A stretch of 64,000 nucleotides of DNA from a virus (Duplodnaviria > Heunggongvirae > Uroviricota > Caudoviricetes): IMG/VR virus record IMGVR_UViG_3300031088_000799; one strand, written 5' to 3'. Below are positions 10,603 to 20,303 of the stretch, piece after piece (the stretch's first letter is position 1; each line of letters opens with the position of its first letter). The notes under the pieces were generated by a model, which saw nothing but the letters and a program-made list of their open reading frames with translations, searched no databases and had not been told where the DNA came from. The position numbers and the translations under genes are program-made.

Positions 10603-11453
10603 ATTGCAATCATCTCCTGTAACGTAATCCAGCGAGGCAAATCATCATGTGTTGTATCATGTTGAACATTATAAAAACTTAAAAAGAACTTTGTAAATTT
10701 TTCTACATTAAAATCTAAAGGGTGTTCATGATTCAAATGAAATGTCATAGAATCATACAAATATTCAAATCGAACACTATTATCACCAACTTTAATATAA
10801 AAATCGTGATTGCTCAATGTTAATTCCAATTTATTAGTATTAAAACTCCTGAATTCAAAAATGGAAAAATCAGCTTCATCAACATAACAAAGCACATGAT
10901 ATTCACGGCTTCTGACCATGTTAGACAACTTACCATCAAATCCCATTGCTTTATCAATAACATCAAAAGTATACAGAGCGTTTAATGCTTCAATATGAAT
11001 CACTGGTTCCATTAAATTGTTCTCATCATTAGGCGTAAATCTATAAATACCATGTTTTTTTAAATCATCAAGTATAATAGCAATCAAATGACTGCCAATC
11101 ATATCAATAGGGATAGCTAAATTTAAATCGAATTCAACAAGTGAAATTGTTGTATTAGGTTGAAGCGGTCCAACAAATAATCTGTCTCGAACAGAACCAT
11201 CCTTCAGAAAGTCTAAAAAAGGATATGATTCATCAACAGAAACTATAAATGTATTATTCGAAATACGAATGTTCATTTCAGTTAGAACATTCTCACGCAT
11301 CCCTAAAATATCAGTAGCTAATAAATATAGAAATTTTGAAATTTTTTGTTCATTATTAAACGAAACGCCACTGACTGTAGCATTTAATAAATCTGATATC
11401 CATATTTTTTGCTTTCCCAATTTTAATTGAGATGGCAATTTTTCGTCTAACAT
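10599..11453 (-). CDS. Hypothetical protein, YPF paralog family, MxxI end
   Basis: SVDESYPF; ends LQEMIAI; 4-nt overlap with next gene. Confidence 0.8.
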   Translation of the reverse strand: MLDEKLPSQLKLGKQKIWISDLLNATVSGVSFNNEQKISKFLYLLATDILGMRENVLTEMNIRISNNTFIVSVDESYPFLDFLKDGSVRDRLFVGPLQPNTTISLVEFDLNLAIPIDMIGSHLIAIILDDLKKHGIYRFTPNDENNLMEPVIHIEALNALYTFDVIDKAMGFDGKLSNMVRSREYHVLCYVDEADFSIFEFRSFNTNKLELTLSNHDFYIKVGDNSVRFEYLYDSMTFHLNHEHPLDFNVEKFTKFFLSFYNVQHDTTHDDLPRWITLQEMIAI

Positions 11454-11516
11454 TGAACGTCTCCATTATATAGACACTTTAACAGTTTAAATAAACGAAA
11501 TCAAGCAAAAAAATGC

Positions 11517-11545
11517 TTGACTTTTATCACAAGATGTTCTACTAT
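11517..11545 (+). promoter_or_regulatory. Sigma70-like promoter of ncRNA A
   Basis: TTGACT-17-TACTAT. Confidence 0.7.
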
Positions 11546-11551
11546 ATACAA

Positions 11552-11737
11552 ACGGTAAGGCTATGAAATTGGTTCCTTCTAAATTAAAAATCTGATTCAC
11601 CATTTCGATTTCCATACCCTATATTTCACCGAGGCTAGCATTAAGGTTCCTTCTAACTTAAATTGTAAACTTAAACTGATATAACCTTGTCAATTCCCTC
11701 AAAAAAAATAAACTTGTAGCGATACAAGTTTTTTTTT
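11552..11737 (+). ncRNA. ncRNA A: two tandem hairpin modules with invariant GGTTCCTTCTAA
   Basis: Promoter, modules 11554-11618 and 11631-11700, terminator AACTTGTA-GCGA-TACAAGTT-T7; no RBS-led ORF; paralogous to 12316-12492. Confidence 0.7.
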
Positions 11738-11777
11738 GCCTAAAATAAATGAAAAAAGAAGAGTTCGCCCTCTTCTT

Positions 11778-12224
11778 TTAATATTGTGTCATATACTGTA
11801 AATTATATTCATCAATAAACTGATCAATTCTATCAAAAGATCGTTTTAATTTAATATTAATAAGAGCAAGCAGCATTTGATAAAAGTCTTCCAATTCACT
11901 TTCAATGTTATCATCAGGTAAAGAAGTTTCAATTTGAACAGCAGTTGCACCATACAAACAAAAAATAGTTTCACTTTCAATGACAAATCTAAATGCGGAT
12001 GAAAACAACACAAAATTAGCAGTAGCCTCACTATCATCTATACTAATATCAAAACCATTCACAGAGTTCTCACTGAAATGTTGATCATTTTGATATAAAT
12101 CTAAACAGGCATTGTGAATGTGACCATTAGCTTTAAAAAGTTTATCAATAATCATAACATTTTTAAAAATTTCAGTAGGCCCATCATTTTCAAAATCAAC
12201 ACTATCGCCCATTGTCAGTCCCAC
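11778..12224 (-). CDS. Hypothetical protein, MxxI-variant end
   Basis: 148 aa; GAGG RBS; ends LQYMTQY. Confidence 0.7.
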   Translation of the reverse strand: MGLTMGDSVDFENDGPTEIFKNVMIIDKLFKANGHIHNACLDLYQNDQHFSENSVNGFDISIDDSEATANFVLFSSAFRFVIESETIFCLYGATAVQIETSLPDDNIESELEDFYQMLLALINIKLKRSFDRIDQFIDEYNLQYMTQY

Positions 12225-12281
12225 CTCTTAAATAAGATGATAATATTATCAAAATTTAAAATAAAAAACAAGTAAAAAAAC

Positions 12282-12309
12282 TTGACTTCATAGATTAATA
12301 TGCTATGAT
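12282..12309 (+). promoter_or_regulatory. Sigma70-like extended -10 promoter of ncRNA B
   Basis: TTGACT-16-TATGAT with TGn. Confidence 0.7.
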
Positions 12310-12315
12310 TGTTGT

Positions 12316-12492
12316 TAGGTAAGGCTATGAATTAGGTTCCTTCTAAAACATTCTTTTAAATGACGATTTACCTGTTCGTTTTCCATACCTACTTATTCAA
12401 GGCTATGATTATGGTTCCTTCTAATTCTATTGGCAGACAACTACCTGATCGATTCCCTTAAATTAAAAACCCAGCAGAAATGTTGGGTTTTT
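12316..12492 (+). ncRNA. ncRNA B: two tandem hairpin modules with invariant GGTTCCTTCTAA
   Basis: Modules 12316-12391 and 12399-12459, terminator AACCCAGCA-GAAA-TGTTGGGTT-T; same architecture as ncRNA A. Confidence 0.7.
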
Positions 12493-12536
12493 TATTGTCT
12501 AAAATTCAATAAAACCATTCACAAATAATAAAAAAG

Positions 12537-13415
12537 ATGATATACTATCCCCAATTAATCAAGAGGTGTACAATGAAAGCATTAACCCCAATGAAGCGTT
12601 ATAAGACAGCCATCGATAACCTGCGTTCACAAGTCAGTGGACATACACATGAGTTAACATTGAATAAAGCTGCATCCAAAAGCATTCCTTGGGCGTTTTC
12701 TCGTGGTGACCGCTATGAAACAAAAGGCGTAGAATCTGATTTCATCATGATTTTTGAATCACTTGAAACAAAAGGTCTATCGTTTGCTCTTACCTTTACT
12801 TATATGGATAAAGAACCTGAAGATCAACTGGTACGTGGCTCTGTTAAGTTTGGTGATTCTGATACTCAAGTCACCTATGGTGAAGAAATGAATCTTGAAA
12901 CTTTCAAAACTTCATTAAATGCACTCAATAAACAACTCAATGAGTCTGATTTTCATAAAAATTATGACGAAATCATTGATGCATTCAGTGTTTCTTTTCT
13001 GAAAAAGCCATTCAGCATTGCAGCGGCTGTTGAACTAGCTGATCAAGAAATTAATCTGTTCACAAGTCAAAAACGAGCAGCACTTGACTTGGATGCAGCC
13101 GAAGAAACCTACCAGAAAGCTGAATTGGTCAGTCAGCAAGCCAAACAAGCAGTCAATAAAGCACTTGAAGCGACTGATGCTTATCAAGAGCGTGAAAAAC
13201 TTTTGGCTCGCCTTGCTCGTTTAGACAAAATTATCACTAATAAAAAAGTGTTACTTGAAAAAGATGAGGATGTAAAAGTTAAAGATCAAGCAGTTAAAAA
13301 TGCAGAAAAAATTGTAAAAACTAAGAAACAGAAACTAGCTGAACAAGTAGATACTGAATTAAAGAAATACCCAAAAGCAATTCGTAATCGTATCATCAAT
13401 AAGGAGAAAAAATGA
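12537..13415 (+). CDS. Hypothetical coiled-coil protein (start probably 12573, MKAL)
   Basis: Ala/Lys/Glu-rich helical C-half; GAGG upstream of second ATG. Confidence 0.75.
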   Translation: MIYYPQLIKRCTMKALTPMKRYKTAIDNLRSQVSGHTHELTLNKAASKSIPWAFSRGDRYETKGVESDFIMIFESLETKGLSFALTFTYMDKEPEDQLVRGSVKFGDSDTQVTYGEEMNLETFKTSLNALNKQLNESDFHKNYDEIIDAFSVSFLKKPFSIAAAVELADQEINLFTSQKRAALDLDAAEETYQKAELVSQQAKQAVNKALEATDAYQEREKLLARLARLDKIITNKKVLLEKDEDVKVKDQAVKNAEKIVKTKKQKLAEQVDTELKKYPKAIRNRIINKEKK

Positions 13416-13993
13416 TGAAATTAAAAAAATATTTGATAGCTATCCTATTGTCCATTCCACTATTAGCTTCTGCTAATGATAATCCACAGGTCATGTATGA
13501 TGTGATGCCTTACATCGGAGCTAAAGCACCTGATTGGGTTTTGAATGTTAACAAGGAAGAAAGCACTTCAAATAAGATTATCAAAACCATCGTTTATACA
13601 AAAGACGATAATGCTTATACTTATACTCTATTTGATGACATTCTATTTTCTGTCGAAGTCAGACTGAACACAAAGAAGAATGATTGGACAGTTGAAGAAC
13701 AGTATAAAAAATTAGGCATCGCTCATGGAATTGCAGACAGTTTACTCGCTAATGGATTCAAAATGAGTAAAGACAACAACAATTCAAAAATGAGACTGTT
13801 TGACAAAGGTGATATCAATATTGTGTTAGATAACTATCAAACTCAATTTGTTTCGAATAGTCAAGATCCTGCAATAACCCTTGTCATTACAAACAATAAA
13901 TTCGTTGAACAAGTGAGAAAACATCGAGATGATATTCTAAGTCGATTGGCCGTTGAGCATAAAAATGCATATAAAGACTTGATTGGCAAATGA
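13412..13993 (+). CDS. Hypothetical exported protein
   Basis: Signal peptide MKLKKYLIAILLSIPLLASA; AGGAG RBS; overlaps upstream stop. Confidence 0.75.
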   Translation: MMKLKKYLIAILLSIPLLASANDNPQVMYDVMPYIGAKAPDWVLNVNKEESTSNKIIKTIVYTKDDNAYTYTLFDDILFSVEVRLNTKKNDWTVEEQYKKLGIAHGIADSLLANGFKMSKDNNNSKMRLFDKGDINIVLDNYQTQFVSNSQDPAITLVITNNKFVEQVRKHRDDILSRLAVEHKNAYKDLIGK

Positions 13994-14055
13994 TTTTACT
14001 TGTGCAAAATTTCTAGATAGGTTATAATAGATATATACCAATTAGGAGATATTTT

Positions 14056-14622
14056 ATGGCTTTTGAAAACGAAAGAAAATTCTTGCTAAAGAATGATAAA
14101 TGGAAAAAAGGTGTCTCCAATAAAGACGTTATTCATCAAGGCTATATTGATTTGAGTAAGGTCGAAATTTCAATCAAGCCCAATTTTCTAATTCTTGATT
14201 TTGGGTTTATGAAGCTGCGTAAACCAATTGATACAAAAGATTATGAACAACTGCTAGAACATCTGGACAAACCAGAAAAAGTGTTGCGTATTCGTGATAA
14301 ATCGGGCAAGTATAAGATTACACTGAAAATCGACATTGGCATTGTAGACAGCAAAGTTGAAGTAGAGCCAAGTTTGTCAAAAGAAGAATATGATATGTTG
14401 GTACCAATTTGTGATGCCTTCATCTCAAAAATTCGTAGCTATGTCAAAGTCGGTGAATATGTTTATGAAGTCGATGTGTTCACTGGGAAACATGAACATC
14501 TTGAACCGCTTGCTGAAGTTGAATACAAAACACCGGGTGAAGTCATTGAAATTCCAGAATGGGCAGGAACTGAAGTAACAGGTATTGATAAGTATTACAA
14601 TGCCAATCTTGCAAGACTGTAA
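14056..14622 (+). CDS. CYTH-domain protein (triphosphate tunnel metalloenzyme)
   Basis: ENERKFLL (ExERKF), LRIR, YEVDVF..LAEVE motifs. Confidence 0.85.
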   Translation: MAFENERKFLLKNDKWKKGVSNKDVIHQGYIDLSKVEISIKPNFLILDFGFMKLRKPIDTKDYEQLLEHLDKPEKVLRIRDKSGKYKITLKIDIGIVDSKVEVEPSLSKEEYDMLVPICDAFISKIRSYVKVGEYVYEVDVFTGKHEHLEPLAEVEYKTPGEVIEIPEWAGTEVTGIDKYYNANLARL

Positions 14623-14640
14623 AATTCATCACAACGATAG

Positions 14641-14665
14641 AAAAAGGCACTTAGGTGCCTTTTTT
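14641..14665 (+). terminator. Intrinsic terminator
   Basis: AAAAGGCAC-TTAG-GTGCCTTTTTT. Confidence 0.7.
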
Positions 14666-14725
14666 CTTTATTTAATCGATTAAAAGTGATATAATAAACA
14701 TCATTTTATAAAAGGTAGAGCCAGA

Positions 14726-14767
14726 ATGATTGAAAAAATAGACCCTTCAACATTAGGATTAGATAAT
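14726..14767 (+). pseudogene. 5' stump (MIEKIDPSTLGLDN) of a gene interrupted by an IS605-type element
   Basis: TATAAT promoter and AAGG-like RBS before ATG 14726; frame runs into the IS right end. Confidence 0.5.
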
Positions 14768-15124
14768 GAACTACTCCGCCCTGAAGGACGAAGTTTCTTG
14801 GGGTTTCGAAAACAATCCCAATCCCAATCGCTGACGTTCATTGTCAGCTTCAAATAAAGCTGTCAGCTTTATCTGCACGTTTTCTCTTTTCATTTTTGAT
14901 GGACTGTACTGTCCATCTTTCAATTGGTGAAAAGTGAACCGAAGAACTTCTTCGATTATTCTGTTTCTTATGTTTTTTGCTGCATTCTGATCTGCATCTT
15001 CATTATGACCACAGAAATTACAATGAAAACTTCTTCCTTGTCTAACTGTGTGTTCCACACAGTGACAGTTTGAACAGGTTTTCGATGTATAGCTTGGTGT
15101 GGTCAAATGAACCCGAATGCCTTT
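14767..15124 (-). mobile_element. tnpB: IS200/IS605-family remnant: tnpB 3' part plus right end
   Basis: KGIRVHLTTPSYTSKTCSNC..FHCNFCGH..DADQNAAKNI (zinc ribbon + RuvC-III); right-end-like GAAACTTCGTCCTTCAGGGCGGAGTAGTTCA; 5' part of tnpB and left end absent. Confidence 0.85.
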
Positions 15125-15253
15125 AATGATTTAAATACTACTTACACATATGTTTTAAACAAATTCCATGAAAGAATTTTAAAAACATGTGAAATCGATA
15201 GCAATATGATTTTAAAAGAACATTTAGATATTTGCCGAATGCACCTAATTTAA
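15125..15253 (+). pseudogene. 3' remnant of an MxxI-family gene
   Basis: Open frame NDLNTTYTYVLNKFHERILKTCEIDSNMILKEHLDICRMHLI-stop, abutting the truncated tnpB. Confidence 0.55.
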
Positions 15254-15307
15254 ATTGAAACACAATAAAAAACAGCCTCCGAAGAGGCTGCTTTCATTTA
15301 CATCACA

Positions 15308-17206
15308 TTACTTTTGTTCTTCAAACTCAGCATCAATGTAGTCATCATTCTGACCAGCATCCTGATGTTGATGAGTTTCTTGCTGTTGTCCTTGATTTGG
15401 TTGGTATTGTTTTGAAGTAATACCATGAAGCACTTTCTCAAGGCTACCATAACGAGAATCAATTTCAGCTTTTGAACCATTCTTAATAACACCAGAAAGA
15501 TCTGAGATAGCATTTTCAAGGTTCAATCTATCTGTGCTGTTCAAGTTTGGCTCATTCATCATCTTACGAGCAGAATGGACTAAATGGTCAGCTTTGTTAC
15601 GACTTTCAGCCAACGCAGCAAACTTTTCATCATCAGACTTGTTACGTTCAGCATCACTAATCATTTGCTTAATTTCAGCTTCGCTTAGACCAGAGTTTGC
15701 CTTAATCACAACAGATTGAGACTTACCAGTATTTTTGTCTTTCGCAGACACGTTCAAAATACCGTTCGCATCAATGTCAAAGGTAATCTCAATTTGAGGT
15801 TGACCTTTTGGAGCTGCTTGAATGTCTCTTAAATCAAAACGACCAAGTGACTTGTTGTCAGAAGCTTTTGAACGTTCACCTTGTAACACATGAATAGTCA
15901 CAGCTACCTGATTATCTTCCGCTGTTGAACACATTTCTGTTTTCTTCGTTGGAATAGTAGTATTCTTAGGAATCAATGGAGTAAACACACCACCCATTGT
16001 TTCAATACCTAATGTCAATGGAGTGACATCTAGCAACAATACGTCAGTTACAGCACCTGTAATAACACCAGCTTGAATAGCAGCACCAATAGCAACGGCT
16101 TCATCTGGGTTTACATCTTTACGTGGCTCCTTACCAAAGAAATCGGCAACACGTTTTTGCACAAGTGGCATACGAGTCTGACCACCAACCAAGATAATTT
16201 CATCAATATCTGATAATGAAACACCCGCATCTTTCAATGCTGTCTGACATGGAAGAATAGTTCTTTCAATCAATTTTTCAACCAATCCTTCAAATTTAGA
16301 ACGAGTAACAATGACATTCAAATGTTTAGGACCAGAGCTATCAGCCGTGATATATGGCAAGTTAACATCAGTTTGCTGAGTAGAAGACAATTCAATTTTA
16401 GCCTTTTCAGCCGCATCTCGAATACGTTGCATAGCTAATGGATCTTTTCTAATATCAATTCCACTTTCTTTCTGGAATTCACCTACAATGTATTCAATAA
16501 GTAAATTGTCAAAGTCTTCACCACCAAGGAATGTATCACCATTGGTTGCAAGCACTTCAAATTGGGATTCTCCATCTACTTCTGCTATCTCAATAACAGA
16601 TACGTCAAAAGTACCACCACCCAAGTCATAAACAATGATAGTGCTATCCTTTTTAAACTTATCCATACCATAAGCTAATGCTGCAGCAGTAGGTTCGTTA
16701 ATAATACGTTTAACATTCAATCCAGCAATACGACCAGCATCCTTTGTGGCTTGTCTTTGGCTATCATTGAAATAAGCAGGAACAGTGATAACAGCTTCAG
16801 TCACTGGCTCACCCAAATAGTCTTCTGCAGTCTTTTTCATTTTCATCAAAATTTCGGCTGAAATTTGTTGTGGAGAAGTCTTCTTACCTTTTACTTCAAC
16901 CCATGCGTCACCGTTGTCAGCCTTAATAATTTTATAAGGGACAAGCTTGATGTCTTTTTGAACAGCTTCTTCATCAAATTTACGACCGATAAGTCTTTTG
17001 ATGGCGTGGAATGTTTGTGTTGGATTGGTGATAGATTGTCTTTTCGCTGGCTGTCCAACTAAAGTTTCACCTTCTTTGCTATAAGAAACAACAGATGGAG
17101 TGGTTCTTGCACCTTCCGCGTTCTCAATTACTTTTTGTTTACCATTTTCAAAAATAGATACACATGAATTTGTTGTACCCAAGTCAATACCAATTACTTT
17201 ACTCAT
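15308..17206 (-). CDS. dnaK: Hsp70 chaperone DnaK (start at ATG 17206, [12 protein letters not shown])
   Basis: [33 protein letters not shown]-terminal DAEFEE; GGGGG RBS. Confidence 0.97.
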   Translation of the reverse strand: MSKVIGIDLGTTNSCVSIFENGKQKVIENAEGARTTPSVVSYSKEGETLVGQPAKRQSITNPTQTFHAIKRLIGRKFDEEAVQKDIKLVPYKIIKADNGDAWVEVKGKKTSPQQISAEILMKMKKTAEDYLGEPVTEAVITVPAYFNDSQRQATKDAGRIAGLNVKRIINEPTAAALAYGMDKFKKDSTIIVYDLGGGTFDVSVIEIAEVDGESQFEVLATNGDTFLGGEDFDNLLIEYIVGEFQKESGIDIRKDPLAMQRIRDAAEKAKIELSSTQQTDVNLPYITADSSGPKHLNVIVTRSKFEGLVEKLIERTILPCQTALKDAGVSLSDIDEIILVGGQTRMPLVQKRVADFFGKEPRKDVNPDEAVAIGAAIQAGVITGAVTDVLLLDVTPLTLGIETMGGVFTPLIPKNTTIPTKKTEMCSTAEDNQVAVTIHVLQGERSKASDNKSLGRFDLRDIQAAPKGQPQIEITFDIDANGILNVSAKDKNTGKSQSVVIKANSGLSEAEIKQMISDAERNKSDDEKFAALAESRNKADHLVHSARKMMNEPNLNSTDRLNLENAISDLSGVIKNGSKAEIDSRYGSLEKVLHGITSKQYQPNQGQQQETHQHQDAGQNDDYIDAEFEEQK

Positions 17207-17356
17207 TTTAATACCCCCATTCGGCAGATTTAGTTTATTGTATGAAGAACTCCGAAGACATTCTTCAATCAATAAGTATATATTTTTTTTAAACAATGTC
17301 AAGACCTTACAAAAAAAGATTTGTCATTTTTTATAACGGATTAATGTATTTTAATT

Positions 17357-18043
17357 CTAGATATTAACAGCGGCAAATAAAAATTTAATTTCATCTGTCA
17401 ATTCTTGTTCAAAGTTAAATAATTCTTCTATTGTAGGTGTTAACACTGAAAGTTCATTCCATATACTCTTTAATGGTTCACCAGATTTAATAACACCATC
17501 AATCATCACTTCAATATATTTTAATTGTTTATTTTCAAAGTTAACAACAGACAAATAGAAATTACTATCAGAATTGATTTTTAAGTTAACTCTGTCTACA
17601 TTTACATAATAGGAAACTTGTTTTGTATTTCTATTTTCATCATAATAAATAAAATCATATTGAGATTCACGATAGAGAATTAAACTAGGGTTTTTAATGT
17701 CATTAGAGGATTGAATGCAATCTTTATTAGCATAAATATCTTCATGATTACTCAATTGATGAATGATTTCATCAGTTTTTAGAATTTTTGTTTTTTCACG
17801 TAAAGAATAACGTTTTGATTGAGAATCTTGTGGGCGTAATAAAACCAACAAAATATAATCATCTTCAATTTTGTAAAATTTAGGATTACGACTAAAAACT
17901 TTCATTTCAGCAGGTGTATATCTAATAAAACCTATTTCTTCAAACCAAGAAAAATTAGATTCATCAATACTGATAAAAATATCTTTTTGATAAACGATAT
18001 TTCTTAAATCCATTGCTGACTGGACAGTTCTTTCATAAGTCAT
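17357..18043 (-). CDS. Hypothetical protein, AxxI variant of the C-terminal motif
   Basis: 228 aa; ends EIKFLFAAVNI. Confidence 0.75.
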   Translation of the reverse strand: MTYERTVQSAMDLRNIVYQKDIFISIDESNFSWFEEIGFIRYTPAEMKVFSRNPKFYKIEDDYILLVLLRPQDSQSKRYSLREKTKILKTDEIIHQLSNHEDIYANKDCIQSSNDIKNPSLILYRESQYDFIYYDENRNTKQVSYYVNVDRVNLKINSDSNFYLSVVNFENKQLKYIEVMIDGVIKSGEPLKSIWNELSVLTPTIEELFNFEQELTDEIKFLFAAVNI

Positions 18044-18927
18044 TCATCATCCTCCTGTTTAACTTGGGCATTTGAATAATTAAGAATGAAAGTATCAACT
18101 AACTCAAATAATTCATTATCATTGACTTCTTTATTATAGAAAGTGTCAAATACCAAGATTAAAAAATTCATTGGAATTGCCCACAAATGTTCTGCAACAT
18201 TACCAGCTACACAAGCAATGGTGTCAGTATCACCACCAACATAACAAGCCAGCTTTAAAACTTCTTCAAAAGAATTACTTTCCAATACAACAGTTAATGC
18301 TTGCTTAAACGTAACCAAAGCATTCATATCAAATACTTTTTTAGCATGAAGTGATTCAACAGTTTCATTCCAATTAGTATCATGCAAATAAGATGAAATA
18401 GCTAATTTTTTATCTTCCAATGTTTTATCTTTAATGTTTTCAATCAACGTCACAAAATCAATAACAGCTTTGATGCTATCTTCATGATTGTGAGAAATAA
18501 TAGTGTTGTCATAAACCAAATCTAATTTTTCTTGAAAAGATAAATTAAGATGATTCACAAATCCAATACGCATAATAGACCCATTTGCATAAGATTCATA
18601 AGGAATAGGGTTATCTAGCCATTTAGTAAAATTACCCCCAAAACCAGTTGCTTCATTCGCATGTTTTTTACACAAACGGACCATTTCATCAACTGGACTA
18701 CGTTTGTGCTTATAAGCTGAAAACAAAGCAAGTGAACATAAACTATCATCTGTCCATCCCGGTGTAGTTCGAACCCATTTTGTATTTTTCAAAAGATCTG
18801 ATACATCTTCAAATGGAAATGTTTGAAATAACGGCAAGTCACGTTTATTCCATTGTTTACCTTCATAAACAGAACCAACAATATCACCAATAATACCACC
18901 AATCATAATTATTCTCCAAATTATCAA
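18040..18927 (-). CDS. ADP-ribosylglycohydrolase (DraG/ARH family; start probably MIGGIIG)
   Basis: GGIIGDIVGSVYE, WTDDS, NGSIMR, GGDTDTIAC motifs. Confidence 0.9.
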   Translation of the reverse strand: MIIWRIIMIGGIIGDIVGSVYEGKQWNKRDLPLFQTFPFEDVSDLLKNTKWVRTTPGWTDDSLCSLALFSAYKHKRSPVDEMVRLCKKHANEATGFGGNFTKWLDNPIPYESYANGSIMRIGFVNHLNLSFQEKLDLVYDNTIISHNHEDSIKAVIDFVTLIENIKDKTLEDKKLAISSYLHDTNWNETVESLHAKKVFDMNALVTFKQALTVVLESNSFEEVLKLACYVGGDTDTIACVAGNVAEHLWAIPMNFLILVFDTFYNKEVNDNELFELVDTFILNYSNAQVKQEDDE

Positions 18928-18961
18928 ATTTAAAAGAAGCCTGTTAAGGCTCCTTTTTTAA

Positions 18962-20227
18962 TTATACAGGTTTAAGTTTTTTAGTTCGTTTGACCAAATA
19001 GGCATCAGGAGCAGAAGGTGCTTGAATAGGATCACCCACAACACGTTGCCACTCACGAACATCAACACGGTGAGCAAAAGCATTAACAAGAATTTCAGCC
19101 ATCTGGGGCCTATCAGCATTGATTTCATTCATTTTAAGATGGATTTCATGAGCTTTATTCATCTGAATATATTCAAGTGCCGTTTTAACAATAATACGAC
19201 AAATTTCATCTTTAACTTTTCCATAACCACGATCCATATGATCAGTGCTAAGTAAGTAATGAATACTTAGATCGCTTTCATCAGAAGTTTGTTCTGTATC
19301 CAAAATTTTAGGGAATGGTTTCATTTCCTTAAATGTTTTCAAACCTTTCAACGTATCAAAACCCATGAAACGATCTTCTATAATTTGCAAAATCGCCTGA
19401 TGATAATCGTTTGATTTAACATCACGAAGACTATCTCTAATGTTACGAGCATTTTCAAATTTATAACCAATAGCAGTATCAATCATATACAAATGTGGAT
19501 AATGTTGAGAATGCGATTCTAACATTGCATCTTGCCCCAGATTAATAGTAAAATCAAAAACTTCATAAACTAACGAACGAACAGGATCTTCGGTCAAAAA
19601 GGTAGGCGTAAGTCCGCTAACATCAATAGAATCTTTAATAGTTGCAATCAACGTATCACAAAATTCAGTTTTAAAAGTAGGTGAAATAAGTTTTTCTTCA
19701 AACGCAAAAAGATTTCGAAGATAAGAAGCAGTCTTCAAGTGGTCTTCAATATTTTTAGCTTGTTCACCATCATGATACATAGAAGAGTAAACTTGACTGT
19801 AACCTGCTTTGCATACATCGTTATAAGTAATTTTACTATCTGGACTGTTATCAAAGGCTAAATCATAAAATACATCACTTGATTGTTTTTTGATTTTTTC
19901 CATGAATTGAGAAAGCTCACGAGCATCACTTTCTTTAAGTGGATCAGTATAATACTTCAATGCATCATCTGTTTCAACAACTTGTTTAAAACCAAGAGCC
20001 AACATATCTGGAAGTAATTTTTGCATGACCTCATTACGTTTATCAAAAGACAAACTGACAAAATAATTTCGCTCAATGGGTTTAGGTGCATCTGCCTTAA
20101 CAACTTTTTTAGGATTTTCAGCTTCCAATCGTTCATTTAGCTGTTTAATTTTATCTTTTAAGTCCATTGATGTGCTCCAATAATTTATAAAATCATTATA
20201 ACATATCAAGCATTCCATGTCGATCAA
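18962..20227 (-). CDS. Hypothetical protein with Lys-rich tail
   Basis: 421-aa ORF ending KRTKKLKPV. Confidence 0.8.
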   Translation of the reverse strand: MIDMECLICYNDFINYWSTSMDLKDKIKQLNERLEAENPKKVVKADAPKPIERNYFVSLSFDKRNEVMQKLLPDMLALGFKQVVETDDALKYYTDPLKESDARELSQFMEKIKKQSSDVFYDLAFDNSPDSKITYNDVCKAGYSQVYSSMYHDGEQAKNIEDHLKTASYLRNLFAFEEKLISPTFKTEFCDTLIATIKDSIDVSGLTPTFLTEDPVRSLVYEVFDFTINLGQDAMLESHSQHYPHLYMIDTAIGYKFENARNIRDSLRDVKSNDYHQAILQIIEDRFMGFDTLKGLKTFKEMKPFPKILDTEQTSDESDLSIHYLLSTDHMDRGYGKVKDEICRIIVKTALEYIQMNKAHEIHLKMNEINADRPQMAEILVNAFAHRVDVREWQRVVGDPIQAPSAPDAYLVKRTKKLKPV

Positions 20228-20303
20228 ATATTATCGCTCTATATCTTGATTTTTTTATATAAAATTGGCATAATAGAAGTTATTAATTCAAAAAAGAGGA
20301 TAT

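Noticed and set aside
11554-12459. CRISPR mini-array interpretation of the GGTTCCTTCTAA repeats
   Set aside because: The conserved parts are split into 5' and 3' arms that pair around a variable loop, only 12 nt are invariant, and no cas genes or canonical direct-repeat/spacer period are visible.
15308-17302. DnaK with a 32-aa N-terminal extension as given in the ORF track
   Set aside because: Homology begins at [12 protein letters not shown] (ATG 17206), which has its own RBS; the extension is upstream sequence.
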